Shown in pieces: positions 50,250 to 60,474 of a stretch of DNA of 64,000 nucleotides. The position numbers and the translations under genes are program-made. The notes under the pieces are model-generated. The model saw nothing but the letters and a program-made list of their open reading frames with translations, did not search any database and had not been told where the DNA came from. This DNA is from Candidatus Eiseniibacteriota bacterium (lineage in GTDB: Bacteria; Eisenbacteria; RBG-16-71-46). The first letter of the stretch is position 1. Every line of letters starts with the position of its first letter. The stretch is taken from the NCBI GenBank assembly GCA_031370785.1, contig JANMQY010000061.1, positions 38,786 to 102,785 on the forward strand. The letters are read 5' to 3'.

Positions 50250-51491
50250 TCAAGACGCGGCCCCGCTGTGGCGCTCCCGCGCGGTCGCCACGAACGCCTC
50301 GCGCAGAGCCGCTTCGTCCGCCGGCGAGAACTTCCGGTCGCGACGCTCCATTGCGGTGCGCGCGGTGGCGAGGAACTTCTCGAGCTCGTGCTCGGCCATG
50401 CGCTCGCCGTCCCACCACGCAAAGGAAGGCACGTGCTTCGGCGCGAAGCGCCCAGCGCCGAACAGATTCGCGCCAACGCCGATCGAGGCTCCAGTCGGGA
50501 GCAGCGTGCCGATGCCGGTCTTGACGTGCGCGCCGATGTGCGAGCCCACCTTCGGAGAGCCGCTGTCGATCTCGACGCCGTCCACCCACACCCGCACGCT
50601 TCCATAGTTGTTCTTGAGATCGCTGGTGGTGGTGAGCGCCCCGAGGTTGACCCACTCCCCGATCGTGCTGTGTCCGATGAAGCCGTGGTGACGCTTGTTC
50701 GCCCAGCCCTGCCACACGCACTCCTCGACTTCGCCGGCGATTCGGCAGCCGGGGCCGAAGCTGCAGCGCGCGATGGATCCGCCGAGCAGGTGCGTGCCGT
50801 CCCCCACCGCGCACGGTCCGGTGACCACGGTGTGCGCCCGGACCAGCGCTCCCGCTCCGATCCGGATCGGGCCGGTTCGCGCATCCAGCACCGCCAGCGC
50901 TTCGATGCGCGCATCGCGCCCGATCGCGATTCGCTCCGGCGCGAGCAGCACCGCCTGGGCGTGCACCTCGCCTTCCTTCTTCGCCTTCGTTCCCGCGAAA
51001 TCCTCGGCGATCGCCTCGGCGTTCCACGCGACCAGATCCCAGGGATGCGCGAGGAAACGCACGCCGGTGACCTGGAGCGCGGGGAGATCGAGAGTCTCGA
51101 GAAAGCCCTCGAACGCCTCGCCGCGTCCGAAGCCGGGCGCGAGCGTCGCATAAGGCGCGCGCGCGCCGGCGATGCGCCCGCCGCTCACCAGCAGCGCGGG
51201 GCCGCGCGCCGCGCGGGCCTCGGCCAGCCAGGCCCCTGGGAGCGCGGCCGCATTGATCGCCTGCACCTGGTCCGCCGCGCCGGTCGCTCCGGGCGCGGGC
51301 TTCGGGGCCGCAGGCCACGCGGCCAGCGCGCGCGGGCGGGCCTCGATCCCGAGCAATGGAAGTCCGGTCGAACGCATCCAGCGCTCAACCAGGTTCGATC
51401 CGCCGAAGGTCAGCGCGGGCACCGGCGTCAAGTCGGTGATCGGACGCAGGTCCCGCCAGCGTGAATCCTCGTAGAGCAGCAGTCGGCTCAC
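50250..51491 (-). CDS. GlmU-related putative sugar nucleotidyltransferase / hexapeptide-repeat protein
   Basis: L.P.T...P...L..G N-terminal domain; GGEV-like AGEVEE, NK.H.GFIGHS.IGEWVNLGA.TT.SDLKNNY, IG.H.KT.IG. Confidence 0.8.
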   Translation of the reverse strand: MSRLLLYEDSRWRDLRPITDLTPVPALTFGGSNLVERWMRSTGLPLLGIEARPRALAAWPAAPKPAPGATGAADQVQAINAAALPGAWLAEARAARGPALLVSGGRIAGARAPYATLAPGFGRGEAFEGFLETLDLPALQVTGVRFLAHPWDLVAWNAEAIAEDFAGTKAKKEGEVHAQAVLLAPERIAIGRDARIEALAVLDARTGPIRIGAGALVRAHTVVTGPCAVGDGTHLLGGSIARCSFGPGCRIAGEVEECVWQGWANKRHHGFIGHSTIGEWVNLGALTTTSDLKNNYGSVRVWVDGVEIDSGSPKVGSHIGAHVKTGIGTLLPTGASIGVGANLFGAGRFAPKHVPSFAWWDGERMAEHELEKFLATARTAMERRDRKFSPADEAALREAFVATARERHSGAAS

Positions 51492-52309
51492 CGGCCGGGC
51501 CCGGGCCGCGGCCCGCTGATGCGGAACACGCCTTTGAATCCCGCACCGACTGCGCGCGCACGCAGACGATCCGCCGACTCGCGCGTGTAGCAGTCGCGGG
51601 TGCGCACCTTGAACAGTCCGCTCTCCTTCTCGATCACCATCGGAACCAGCAGCTGGGATGCGGCCGCGTCGCGCAACTGGTTCGCGCGCGCGACCTCGGC
51701 GGGCGCGCCGACCTGTACCCGGAAGCAGGTGTCGGGGGCCGAGCCTGCCGGAGCGGAGGATGCACCGCCACGCGGGCGGGCGCTCGCGCCGGAGGAACCG
51801 CGCGCGCGCGCCGAGCTATCGGCGGTGGCGGCGCTGTCGGCGGCGAGCATGCGCTGGAGCGCACCCGGGCGGTCCCCGAGCGGTTGCGTGGGCGAAGGCA
51901 CCGGGGCGTCCGCGTGCCCCTGCTCGCTACTCGAGTCGGCGGGAGCAGCCGCGGGCTCGCGGGAAATCGCACTCGAGTCGACGATCGCCGCGATGGCCGG
52001 GCGGCGCCGGGGCCGGATGCGCTCCCCTGGCGCGAGCGGCTCGGGAATCGAGTCCAGCAGGGCAAGAGCCTCCGCCGAGGGCAGGCTGTCCGCCGGCGCG
52101 TACGAGCGCGGCACGACTGCAGTCGGAACAGGTGTCGGGATGCGCCTGCCGGTCGGCATCAGCGTGGACGGCTCGCTCCTGACGGTGTCGGGCGGGGTGT
52201 CGACGGGCGCAAACGGCGGCGGCGGAACGGTCGCGCAGCCGCCGAGCGCGGTCAGCGCCAGCAGCGTGGCCAACGCGAGCAGTGCGTATCGGCTTTCCGT
52301 GTGCCTCAT
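51488..52309 (-). CDS. SPOR-domain lipoprotein
   Basis: Lipobox LGGC; Pro/Ala-rich linker; C-terminal FRVQVGA...FKVR.....A..LR.....GF.G.F. Confidence 0.8.
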   Translation of the reverse strand: MRHTESRYALLALATLLALTALGGCATVPPPPFAPVDTPPDTVRSEPSTLMPTGRRIPTPVPTAVVPRSYAPADSLPSAEALALLDSIPEPLAPGERIRPRRRPAIAAIVDSSAISREPAAAPADSSSEQGHADAPVPSPTQPLGDRPGALQRMLAADSAATADSSARARGSSGASARPRGGASSAPAGSAPDTCFRVQVGAPAEVARANQLRDAAASQLLVPMVIEKESGLFKVRTRDCYTRESADRLRARAVGAGFKGVFRISGPRPGPGR

Positions 52310-53349
52310 GCATTCCCCCGGTTTCGCAGCGCCTCGCTCACCTTCCGCACGCTCTCGCTGTCCTCGAGCCTGCAGGCGAGCGTCGCGCCATTCGCGTGCA
52401 CCACCACCATCTCACGAAGCCCCAGCGCCGCGGCCGTGCCATCCTCGCCGACCACGACGCAGCCGTCGCAATCCACGAGCACGGTGTCGCCAAAGCGCAC
52501 GTTGCCTCGTTCGTCACGTGCCTGACGCCTCGCCCATGCGCCCCACGAGCCGAGGTCGTCCCAGTCGAAACTCGCCTCGATCACCACCGCGTTCGGCGCG
52601 TGCTCGAGCACCGCGTAGTCGACCGAGATGGACTCCAGCGCCGGAAAGACATCTCGAAGTGCATTGGAGAATCCGTCGGGCGAGCCCGGAAATGCAAAGT
52701 TGCGGAGCGCGCGGGCAATCGCAGGGCGGCCTGCTTCGAGTGCATCGAAGAATACGCGCTTCCGCCACACGAAGATCCCACTGTTCCACAGATGCGCGCC
52801 AGCTCCGATCCACTGCTCCGCTAGCGCGCGGTCGGGCTTCTCGGTGAATTTCGCGACACGGTAGAGACGCTCGCCCAGCTTCTCTCCGCGCTGGATGTAG
52901 CCGAAGCTGGTCTGGGGAGAAGAGGGCCGGATCCCGAAGGTCACGAGCTCCATCTGCTTCTCGGCGACCTCGAACGCGCGGACCAGATCGCGCGCGAATG
53001 CTTCCTCGTCGTCCACCGCGTGGTCGGCGGGCAGCACCGCGAATGCGTTGTCTTCACCGATCCAGGCCGCGGCGGCTGCGATCGCGGGCGCCGTGTTTCG
53101 CATCGCGGGCTCGCCGAGGATCTTCGCCCCGCGGCACTCGCGCTCACAGGCCTCGCGCAGATCCATGGAGGTCATCACCAGAATCCGGCTGCGATCCATC
53201 ACCCGCTGCGCCCGCTCGAACGTGGCCTTCAGCAGCGAGCGCCCGCCGGGCGCGAGCGGCAGAAGCTGCTTGGGGCGCTCCGGCCGGCTCCACGGCCAGA
53301 ATCGCTCGCCGCGGCCGCCAGCGAGGATCAGCGCGTAGCGCTCAGGCAT
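52306..53349 (-). CDS. manC: Mannose-1-phosphate guanylyltransferase
   Basis: ILAGG.G.RFWP.SR...PKQLL, EP..RNTAPAI, LPADH, GYI, F.EKP, WNSGIF, SVDYAVLE, WDDLGSW. Confidence 0.93.
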   Translation of the reverse strand: MPERYALILAGGRGERFWPWSRPERPKQLLPLAPGGRSLLKATFERAQRVMDRSRILVMTSMDLREACERECRGAKILGEPAMRNTAPAIAAAAAWIGEDNAFAVLPADHAVDDEEAFARDLVRAFEVAEKQMELVTFGIRPSSPQTSFGYIQRGEKLGERLYRVAKFTEKPDRALAEQWIGAGAHLWNSGIFVWRKRVFFDALEAGRPAIARALRNFAFPGSPDGFSNALRDVFPALESISVDYAVLEHAPNAVVIEASFDWDDLGSWGAWARRQARDERGNVRFGDTVLVDCDGCVVVGEDGTAAALGLREMVVVHANGATLACRLEDSESVRKVSEALRNRGNA

Positions 53350-53429
53350 GCCAGGTTCCCAGGGAAGCGTTCAAGGTCGCAATCACTAGCACAGCGTCGA
53401 GAGGGCGCCAAGCAGAAGCGCCCCGGCGC

Positions 53430-54527
53430 TCAACGCCGTTCCAGCATTCCCCGGTACACGGCCTCGGTGTGCTCGGCGACCTTGTCCCACGAGTAGTGCT
53501 CCAGAATGTGTCCGCGCGCCTTGCTCTCGTAAGACTTCACCAGCTCGGGATCCCGGATCAGACGCTCGAGCTTGGCCGTCAAGTCGTCGACGTTCTGGCT
53601 CCTGAACGACACCGTGCTGCCCTCGGCCACCTCCAGGTTCTCGGGGATGTCGGAGAGCAGCACGCAGCGACCGTAGGAGAGCGCCTCGAGCAGCGCGATC
53701 GACAGCCCCTCCATGGTCGAGGGCTGCACCACCAGGTAGGCATTGCTCCACAGCTCCTCGAGTCCCTCGCCGAACACGTAATCGAGCAGCCGGATCCGAT
53801 CGCTCTCGTAGCCCTTGATCCTCGCGACGTAGTCCTCCGAGAACGAGAGTCCGCCGACCAGCGCCAGCTTCATGTCGGTGTCGATGCGGCTGAATGCCTC
53901 GCACAGGAAGTGCACGCCCTTCTCGGGCACCATGCGTCCGACGAACAGCACGTACTTGCCCGGAGTGAGACCGAGCTGGAGGATCTTCTTCGCCGGCCGC
54001 GGCTGCGGCAGGTGCGTGCCGTTGGGAATGAATGCCGCGTCGCAGTGGTGATGCTCGCGGAAGTACTCGCGCAGTGTCTTGCTCACGACGATGGTGCGGT
54101 CCGGGAAGTGTGCGGCCGGCCGCTCGCAGCGGCGCAGCACCCACGAGGCGAGCTTGCCCCACTTCTGGCGCTGCCAGTCGAGGCCGTGCACGGTCACCGC
54201 GGTGCGCGCGCCGGTCAGGCGCGGCAGCCCCGAGAAGACCGAGGGCCCGAGCGCGTGGAAGTGCACGATGTCGTAGTGGCGCGCCATCGCCTCGACGGTG
54301 GAAAACGCCACGTGCGAGGCGGTGTCGAGGTGCTTGGTGTGAATGCTCGGCCGGCGCAGCAGGTGGACGCCGTGAGAATTCGCATCGGGCGGGGTGTAGT
54401 AGAAGCGGCAGAACACCGACACGTCGTGTCCGCGCGCGGCCAGCCGCACCGAGATCTCCTCGACGTGCTTTTCGATTCCGCCGTAGGTCGCGGGAATTCC
54501 CTTCTGGCCGATCATGGCGATTCTCAT
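53430..54527 (-). CDS. Glycosyltransferase family 4
   Basis: MRIAMIGQKGIPATYGGIE.HVEE, TVHGLDW, FVGR.VPEKG, EGL.IALLEA.SYG. Confidence 0.92.
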   Translation of the reverse strand: MRIAMIGQKGIPATYGGIEKHVEEISVRLAARGHDVSVFCRFYYTPPDANSHGVHLLRRPSIHTKHLDTASHVAFSTVEAMARHYDIVHFHALGPSVFSGLPRLTGARTAVTVHGLDWQRQKWGKLASWVLRRCERPAAHFPDRTIVVSKTLREYFREHHHCDAAFIPNGTHLPQPRPAKKILQLGLTPGKYVLFVGRMVPEKGVHFLCEAFSRIDTDMKLALVGGLSFSEDYVARIKGYESDRIRLLDYVFGEGLEELWSNAYLVVQPSTMEGLSIALLEALSYGRCVLLSDIPENLEVAEGSTVSFRSQNVDDLTAKLERLIRDPELVKSYESKARGHILEHYSWDKVAEHTEAVYRGMLERR

Positions 54528-55729
54528 GCGCGCGCCCTCCGCGGCTCGCGCACGAGATCGAGCGCGACCTGCCCTTCGAGCGCTTCGGTGAGCCGCGCGC
54601 CGAGAGCGGCGCCGAGCCGGCCCCAGGCCAGCGCCGACACCGCTTCGGGGCGCGGCGCGCCGGCGGCCGCCCAGCCGCGCGGACGCGCACGCAGCGCCTC
54701 GGCGAAACGCTCGAGCGGCACGGTAGTGACGTGCGGCTCGAGCGCGGCGAAGCCGCGCAGGCCGAAGCGCGTCGACACGGCCGCGAGCCCGGCGCCGAGA
54801 TAGGTCGGAAGCTTCACGTTGCTGCCTCCGCCCTCGGACGCCGGATTGAGCCCGGCATCGGCTGCGTGGAGCACCGCGCCCAGGTCCTCCACCTCGCCGC
54901 GCGCGATGACGCTTGCGGGAAGCGCGCGCGGCAGCGCACGGGTGATCGAACCCGCGACCAGGATCCGGAACGAATCGCCGCCGAGCGCGGGGAGCACACG
55001 GTCGAGCAGCCCGGCGAGCGCGGTCCGGTTGTGCGGGACATCCGAGGCCAGGAACACCGCGACATAAGTGCCATCGCCTGCGCCGATTGCCGCGCGGGCA
55101 GACGCACGCTCGGCCGGCGAGGGCGGGCGGATCGTGCGCTCGTCCCAGCCGTTTGGAATCACGATCGTGCGCTCGTCCTCGAGCCCGTACAGCTCGCGCA
55201 TGCGCGCCTGATCCTCCTCACCCACCACGACCACCCGGTCGGCGCTACGCACCGCGCGCGCTTCGAACGCGCGCACCCGTCCTGCCCAGACCGAAGACAG
55301 AAGGAGCGGAGGCTGTGTTGCGCGGAAATGGTCGTACTCGACGTTCTGGGCGAGGTACACCTTGAGCCTCGCGCGACTGCGCGTGAACAGCCCGGTGAGA
55401 TGGAAATCGACCGCCAGCACGTCGGCGCTTCCGGGCAGCGACTGGAGCAGGCGGCGCGCGCGGGCCCGATGGGTATAGGCAGCCGAGAACAGCGGCGCGA
55501 GGCGCGCGCGCTCGAGGCGCCACGCCAGCGAGGTGTACCACGCACGGCGCCGGATCAGGGTGACTCCGGCCGCGCGTTCCTCCCGCGACGCGCGGTTGCG
55601 ATTCGGCACCACGCACAGCACGTTCACCTGGTGAGCCGCGGCCAGCCCGCGGTAAAGGCCGAAGCTGCGCTGGGCGCCACCGAAGCGCGGCGGATGGATG
55701 TCGTTATCGACCGCGCCGTGGATCAGCAC
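54524..55729 (-). CDS. Glycosyltransferase family 4-like (GT-B)
   Basis: PP..GG..R, QNVE, VIPNG.D, G.VEDL...L.AAD..LNP...GGG.NVK...Y; GGGAGG RBS before GTG. Confidence 0.8.
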   Translation of the reverse strand: MLIHGAVDNDIHPPRFGGAQRSFGLYRGLAAAHQVNVLCVVPNRNRASREERAAGVTLIRRRAWYTSLAWRLERARLAPLFSAAYTHRARARRLLQSLPGSADVLAVDFHLTGLFTRSRARLKVYLAQNVEYDHFRATQPPLLLSSVWAGRVRAFEARAVRSADRVVVVGEEDQARMRELYGLEDERTIVIPNGWDERTIRPPSPAERASARAAIGAGDGTYVAVFLASDVPHNRTALAGLLDRVLPALGGDSFRILVAGSITRALPRALPASVIARGEVEDLGAVLHAADAGLNPASEGGGSNVKLPTYLGAGLAAVSTRFGLRGFAALEPHVTTVPLERFAEALRARPRGWAAAGAPRPEAVSALAWGRLGAALGARLTEALEGQVALDLVREPRRARA

Positions 55730-56724
55730 GTCGCCTCCCGCGTCGCGCGCCGATCGACCCGGAACAGTCCGACGATCAGCCCGCAACCGTTCAGCGTCCA
55801 CGTGAGCAGCGAGTGGAGCGCGAGCGCGGGGCTGCGCTTGCGCGCGGCCATCACCACCAGCAGCGCGAGCGGCAGCAGCGCCCACGCGAGGAGCGGCCGC
55901 GCTTCCCCTCGCGCGAGCGCGAAGGCGGCGGCCGGCACCGCCAGCGCCCACATCGCGAGCGTCGCCAGGTACAGCGCCTGTCGCCGCAGCAGACGGGCGA
56001 ACCCGGGCCTGCCCAGATACAGGCGCAGCACCTGGCCCTGCCCGAAGCACAGGCCGGATCTCCAGCGGCGCGACAGCTCATCAAAGCTCGGACGCGGCGC
56101 GCTCCAGTGCCTCGCTGCACGCATTCCGAGCGAGCGCAGCCTTCCACCCATGCGGCCGAGACGCAGGCCCAGCTCGAAGTCCTCTTCGGATCGAAGCCGC
56201 GGATCGTACCCGCCGGCCGCCGCAAGCGCGGAGCGACGGTAGAGCGCCAGCGTCGCCAGGTAGTCGATGCTGCGCTCGCGATCGCCCACGCCGTACAGGT
56301 CCGGATTGCCCGGGCGCTCGCCATTCGCATCCACGAACCACTCCTCGAGCCGTCCCCAGAGCCCGGCCAGCGCCGGATCGTCGTTCCGATCGATGATCTC
56401 GATCGCGCGCGCGAGCCAGGCGGCATCCACCTCGACGTCGGCGTCCACGAACAGCACCCACGCGCCGCCGCACGCCGCGAACCCGAGCATGCGCGCCGCG
56501 CCCGGGGTCAGCGGCGCGCTCTGTCCCGAACGGGTCGGGGAAGCCGGAGGAGCGATCACCAGCCAGTGGGAAGAGAGCGCGGGCAGCAGCTCCTCCGAGG
56601 GAGCGGCCTGCACCAGCGCGCCACGCCATTCGCGACCGGCGAGCGCGCGCTCGAGTGCGGTCACGGTGCGCGCGAGAAAGCACTCCTGCCGGTAGCACGG
56701 AATCACCACGCCGAGCGCACTCAT
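55723..56724 (-). CDS. Glycosyltransferase family 2 with C-terminal TM helices
   Basis: LGVVIP, AAR..G, LFVDAD, GGYD..L...ED.EL.LRL; hydrophobic C-terminus. Confidence 0.85.
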   Translation of the reverse strand: MSALGVVIPCYRQECFLARTVTALERALAGREWRGALVQAAPSEELLPALSSHWLVIAPPASPTRSGQSAPLTPGAARMLGFAACGGAWVLFVDADVEVDAAWLARAIEIIDRNDDPALAGLWGRLEEWFVDANGERPGNPDLYGVGDRERSIDYLATLALYRRSALAAAGGYDPRLRSEEDFELGLRLGRMGGRLRSLGMRAARHWSAPRPSFDELSRRWRSGLCFGQGQVLRLYLGRPGFARLLRRQALYLATLAMWALAVPAAAFALARGEARPLLAWALLPLALLVVMAARKRSPALALHSLLTWTLNGCGLIVGLFRVDRRATREATC

Positions 56725-57926
56725 GCCGGCCCCTGCCCGTCCGCGCGATTGCCGCGTCCCCGGGATCCGGCCGGCACAAAGCTCGCCAGGCCCAGCACCT
56801 CGTCGTACACCGCTTCGAATCGCTCGATCACGCCCGTCCAGCTGTAGCCCTGGCGCACGATCTGCGCGCCCGCGATCCCGAGCAGCATCGCCAGGTCGGG
56901 CCGGTGATGGAACGACTCGAGCACGTCCGCGAGCGCGATCGGATCCGAAGGATCGACGAGTGCGCCGCTCACTCCGTCCTCGATCACCTCCGGGATGCCG
57001 CCCACGCTGCTCGCCACCACCGGCCTGCCGCGCGCGAGGGCTTCGAGCAGCGAAAGCGGCAGGCCCTCCCACAGCGAAGGCAGCGCGACCGCGTCGGCGG
57101 CGAGCAGCAGCGGACCGATCGCCTCCACCTGCCCGAGGAAGAGGACGTGGTTCGCGAGCCCGAGCTCTTTCGCGCGCGCTTCGAGCGCGCCGCGGAGCGA
57201 GCCCTCGCCCGCGAACGCCGCGACGAACGTGAGGCCGCGGCGTCTCACCTCGGCGAGCGCATCCAGCAGCACCGCCTGTCCCTTCTGCTCCTCGAGTCGT
57301 GCGGCGCAGACCCACAGCGGACGCTGAGGGCCGGCCCCGAGCGCGGCGCGGAACTCACGCGCAGCCTGGCCCTCGGCCTCTTCGTCCGGCGGATCCGTGC
57401 CGTTCGGCACCACCCGGACCCGCGAGCGCTCGACTCCATAGTCGGCCACCAGCGAGTCGGCCACCGAGGCGCACACCGCAGTCACGGCGTCCGCGCCCTC
57501 CAGCTCGCCGCGCTTGAGCGCGCGCTGCGCCGGCGAGTGCGTCCGCCCGACGATGTGCTCGGTGACCACCAGATGGGGCACTCCGGCCACACCCGCGAGC
57601 GTCGCCAGGTAACGATCCGCGGCCGGCCACACGTGGTGCAGGTGCAACAGACGAGGACCCGCTCGGCGCAGCCGCCGCCAGGTGTCGAACATGCCCTTCC
57701 AGTCCCAGCGCGAATCCACTTCGCGGACCCGGTCCACCGGGATGCCGCGCGCCTCGAGCGCACCCGCGAACTCGTCGATGCCGGGGGCGGTCGAGAGCCA
57801 GACGCGCACGTCGAAGCGCGCGGCCGGCAGGCGCGTGGCCAGCTCCCATACCACCCGCTCCGTGCCGCCCACCGTCTCGCCGCTCTCGGCGAGCACCAGG
57901 TTCACCCGCGCTTCGTCGGTTCGCAT
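56721..57926 (-). CDS. Glycosyltransferase family 4
   Basis: GGTER, T.H, VVPNG, ARL..QKG, LPS.WEGLP.SLLEA...G.PVVAS.VGG. Confidence 0.92.
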   Translation of the reverse strand: MRTDEARVNLVLAESGETVGGTERVVWELATRLPAARFDVRVWLSTAPGIDEFAGALEARGIPVDRVREVDSRWDWKGMFDTWRRLRRAGPRLLHLHHVWPAADRYLATLAGVAGVPHLVVTEHIVGRTHSPAQRALKRGELEGADAVTAVCASVADSLVADYGVERSRVRVVPNGTDPPDEEAEGQAAREFRAALGAGPQRPLWVCAARLEEQKGQAVLLDALAEVRRRGLTFVAAFAGEGSLRGALEARAKELGLANHVLFLGQVEAIGPLLLAADAVALPSLWEGLPLSLLEALARGRPVVASSVGGIPEVIEDGVSGALVDPSDPIALADVLESFHHRPDLAMLLGIAGAQIVRQGYSWTGVIERFEAVYDEVLGLASFVPAGSRGRGNRADGQGPA

Positions 57927-59116
57927 AGCTTGCCGTAGGCCCTGAGCAGTTCGCAGGCGCTGTACTCCCACGCCATCTGGTCGAGAAATCGCTTTCGGTT
58001 GTACGCGCCCATCACCGCGCGCCGTTCCGGATCGTCGAGCAGCGCGGCGATGCACGCCGCCAGATCCTCCGCGCGATTCGGCTCGGCGTAGAGCGCGCCA
58101 TCCGCGGCCGAATTGCGGTGCTCGCGCAGGTCGTAGGCGACGATCGGCCGCCCGCACGCCATGTATTCGAGGATCTTGTTCATGGTCGAGACGTCGTTGA
58201 GCGGGTTGCGCGGATCGGGGCACACGCACACGTCGGCGCTCGCGAGGATCCTCTCGACATCGGGGTCCGGAATCCGGCCGGTGAACACCACGTCGTCGGC
58301 GAGGCCCAGCTCGTGCGAAAGCGCGCGCAGATCCTCGAACGAGTCGCCCGAGCCGATCAGGATGAACGCGGTGTCCCGGCGACCAAAGGTGTCGCGCAGG
58401 TGAGCCGCGGCGCGCAGCAGATGATCCACCCCGTCCTGCGGCGCCATCACTCCGAGGTAAGCGACCAGATGGCGGCGCCCGCGCTTGAGGCTCTCATCGA
58501 CCGCACGCACGGTCGCGAAGCGCTCACGGCTCGGCCCGCTGCGCACCACCACCACCCGGTCGGCCGGAACGTGGCCGCGCCGGATCGCGACCTGGCGGTA
58601 GGACTCATTGGTCGAGATCACCAGATCGGCGGTGCGGAACTGCGCGCGTTCGAGCAGCCCGAGCGCGCGGTGAAAGAGGTTTCCGGTGCGCTCCTCGCCG
58701 AATCGCGCGATGTACAGCTCGGGGCACAGGTCGTGATGGTCGAATACGTAGCGCTTGCCGAACGGCTTGTACAGCGCGGCCAGCGCCCAGAACGTGTCCG
58801 GCGGATTCGCGGCGTGGATGATGTCGAAGTTGCGCCGCGCCAGCGCGATCACCGAGAGCCGCGCGGTCTGCAGCCAGCAGTACAGGAACTCCCACACGTA
58901 CGAGAGCGCCCCGCGGGTGGGCGGCGGCGGCGGGTAGCGCCAGATGTGGATGCCCTCGATGATCTCGAACGGCGCGGTCCAACTCTCCCCCATCGGGCAG
59001 ATCGCCGACACCTCGTAGCCGCCCGCGCGCAATGCGTTCAGCTCCATCCAGACGCGCCGGTCGAAAGGGAGCGGCAGGTTTTCGGAGAGGTGAAGAACGC
59101 TACCACGCGTGGCCAT
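57902..59116 (-). CDS. Glycosyltransferase family 4
   Basis: ENLP.PFD.RVW.E, H..NPPD, FDHHDLCPE, YLGVM.PQDG.D, STMNKI.EYMA. Confidence 0.9.
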   Translation of the reverse strand: MATRGSVLHLSENLPLPFDRRVWMELNALRAGGYEVSAICPMGESWTAPFEIIEGIHIWRYPPPPPTRGALSYVWEFLYCWLQTARLSVIALARRNFDIIHAANPPDTFWALAALYKPFGKRYVFDHHDLCPELYIARFGEERTGNLFHRALGLLERAQFRTADLVISTNESYRQVAIRRGHVPADRVVVVRSGPSRERFATVRAVDESLKRGRRHLVAYLGVMAPQDGVDHLLRAAAHLRDTFGRRDTAFILIGSGDSFEDLRALSHELGLADDVVFTGRIPDPDVERILASADVCVCPDPRNPLNDVSTMNKILEYMACGRPIVAYDLREHRNSAADGALYAEPNRAEDLAACIAALLDDPERRAVMGAYNRKRFLDQMAWEYSACELLRAYGKLCEPTKRG

Positions 59117-60416
59117 GGTACTCCCCATGGGCCACGCTCTTCGCATCGACGGCATGCACCAGATCCACCAGGATCTGTCCGGGCTTAAGCAGCGCGCCCA
59201 CGCCGCGGTACTCCTTCGCACCGTTCGCCACCACGATGATCTCGCTCTCGCGCACCACTTCGGTGAGATCGGTGCGCAGACGCTCGGGCAGGTACGGCAC
59301 CTCGTCCTCGACGAAGCGGCGGTTGGCTCCCAGCACGCGCTCCATGTCGATGTTGGGATCGTGGAGCAGCAGCGAATAGCCCTTGCCCACGAGCGAGGAG
59401 ATCACGCGCAGGATCGGGCTCTCGCGCAGGTCGTCGGTCTCGGCCTTGAACGAGAGTCCGAGCACGCCGACCCGGCGGCGCTTGAAGCGCTCGATCAGGT
59501 GGATGGCCTCCTGCACGTGCACGTCGTTGGAGCGCATCACCGAGTCGATCACCGGCAGGTCGAGATTGTGCTGGCGCGCGCGCGAAAGAAGCGCGCGCAC
59601 GTCCTTGGGCAGGCACGAACCGCCGAACGCGAATCCGGGCTTGAAATAGTAGGCCCCGAGGTTGAGCCGCGTGTCCCGGCAGAACAGCGCCATCACCTCG
59701 TGGCTGTCGATGCCTTCGCGCTTGGCCCAGCGCCCAACCTCGTTCGCGAATGAGACCTTGAGCGCGTGGTAGGTGTTGTTCACGTACTTGAGCATCTCGG
59801 CGGTGCGGATCGCGGTCACCACCGTTTCGCCGCCGATGCCGGCGTAGAGTGCGCGCAGCAGCCCCGCGCTGCGCTCGTCCCCGGCGCCGATCACGGTCAG
59901 CTCGGTACCGAAGAAGTCGGCGATCGCGGTGCCTTCGCGCAGGAACTCGGGGTTGTAGGCGACTCCGAACTCGACTCCAGCGCGCAGCCCGGACGCCTGC
60001 TCCAGCACCGGCTGGAGCTCGCCCTCGACGCTTCCCGGCAGCATGGTGCTGCGCATGACCACGGTCGCGAACCTGCCGGTGCGCTTCAGCGCGGCGCCGA
60101 CTTCCGCGCACGCGCGTCGCACGTGCGAGAGGTCGAGGCTGCCGTCGGGCGCACTCGGGGTGCCGACGCAGATCATCACCACCTCGGCGCCCTTCATCGC
60201 GGAGGCGATGTCGGTGGTGGCACTGAGCCGCCCTGCGGCGCGCCCCTCGGCGATCAGGGCGGCCAGCCCCTGTTCGACGATCGGGCTTTCGCCGCTCTCG
60301 ATGCAACCGACCTTGAAGGCGCTGGTGTCCAGTCCGACCACGACGTGGCCGCGGCTCGCCAGACAGGCCGAGCACACCGATCCCACGTACCCCAGACCCA
60401 CCACCACCACGTTCAT
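59100..60416 (-). CDS. Nucleotide-sugar dehydrogenase (GDP-mannose 6-dehydrogenase/AlgD-like)
   Basis: GLGYVG, CVGTP, RST.LPG, NPEFLREG, AEM.KY..N..HA.K..FANE, PGFAFGGSCLPKD, GLSFK..TDDLRESP. Confidence 0.92.
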   Translation of the reverse strand: MNVVVVGLGYVGSVCSACLASRGHVVVGLDTSAFKVGCIESGESPIVEQGLAALIAEGRAAGRLSATTDIASAMKGAEVVMICVGTPSAPDGSLDLSHVRRACAEVGAALKRTGRFATVVMRSTMLPGSVEGELQPVLEQASGLRAGVEFGVAYNPEFLREGTAIADFFGTELTVIGAGDERSAGLLRALYAGIGGETVVTAIRTAEMLKYVNNTYHALKVSFANEVGRWAKREGIDSHEVMALFCRDTRLNLGAYYFKPGFAFGGSCLPKDVRALLSRARQHNLDLPVIDSVMRSNDVHVQEAIHLIERFKRRRVGVLGLSFKAETDDLRESPILRVISSLVGKGYSLLLHDPNIDMERVLGANRRFVEDEVPYLPERLRTDLTEVVRESEIIVVANGAKEYRGVGALLKPGQILVDLVHAVDAKSVAHGEYHGHAW

Positions 60417-60474
60417 GCGTTCTCCAGTCGGGCGGAAGTTCTGCGCCGCCACGACCTCTATGTCGCGTCCCGCG

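Noticed and set aside
53380..53411. TTGGCG-17-TAGTGA possible internal promoter for manC
   Set aside because: The -10 box lacks the conserved final T; too weak to call.
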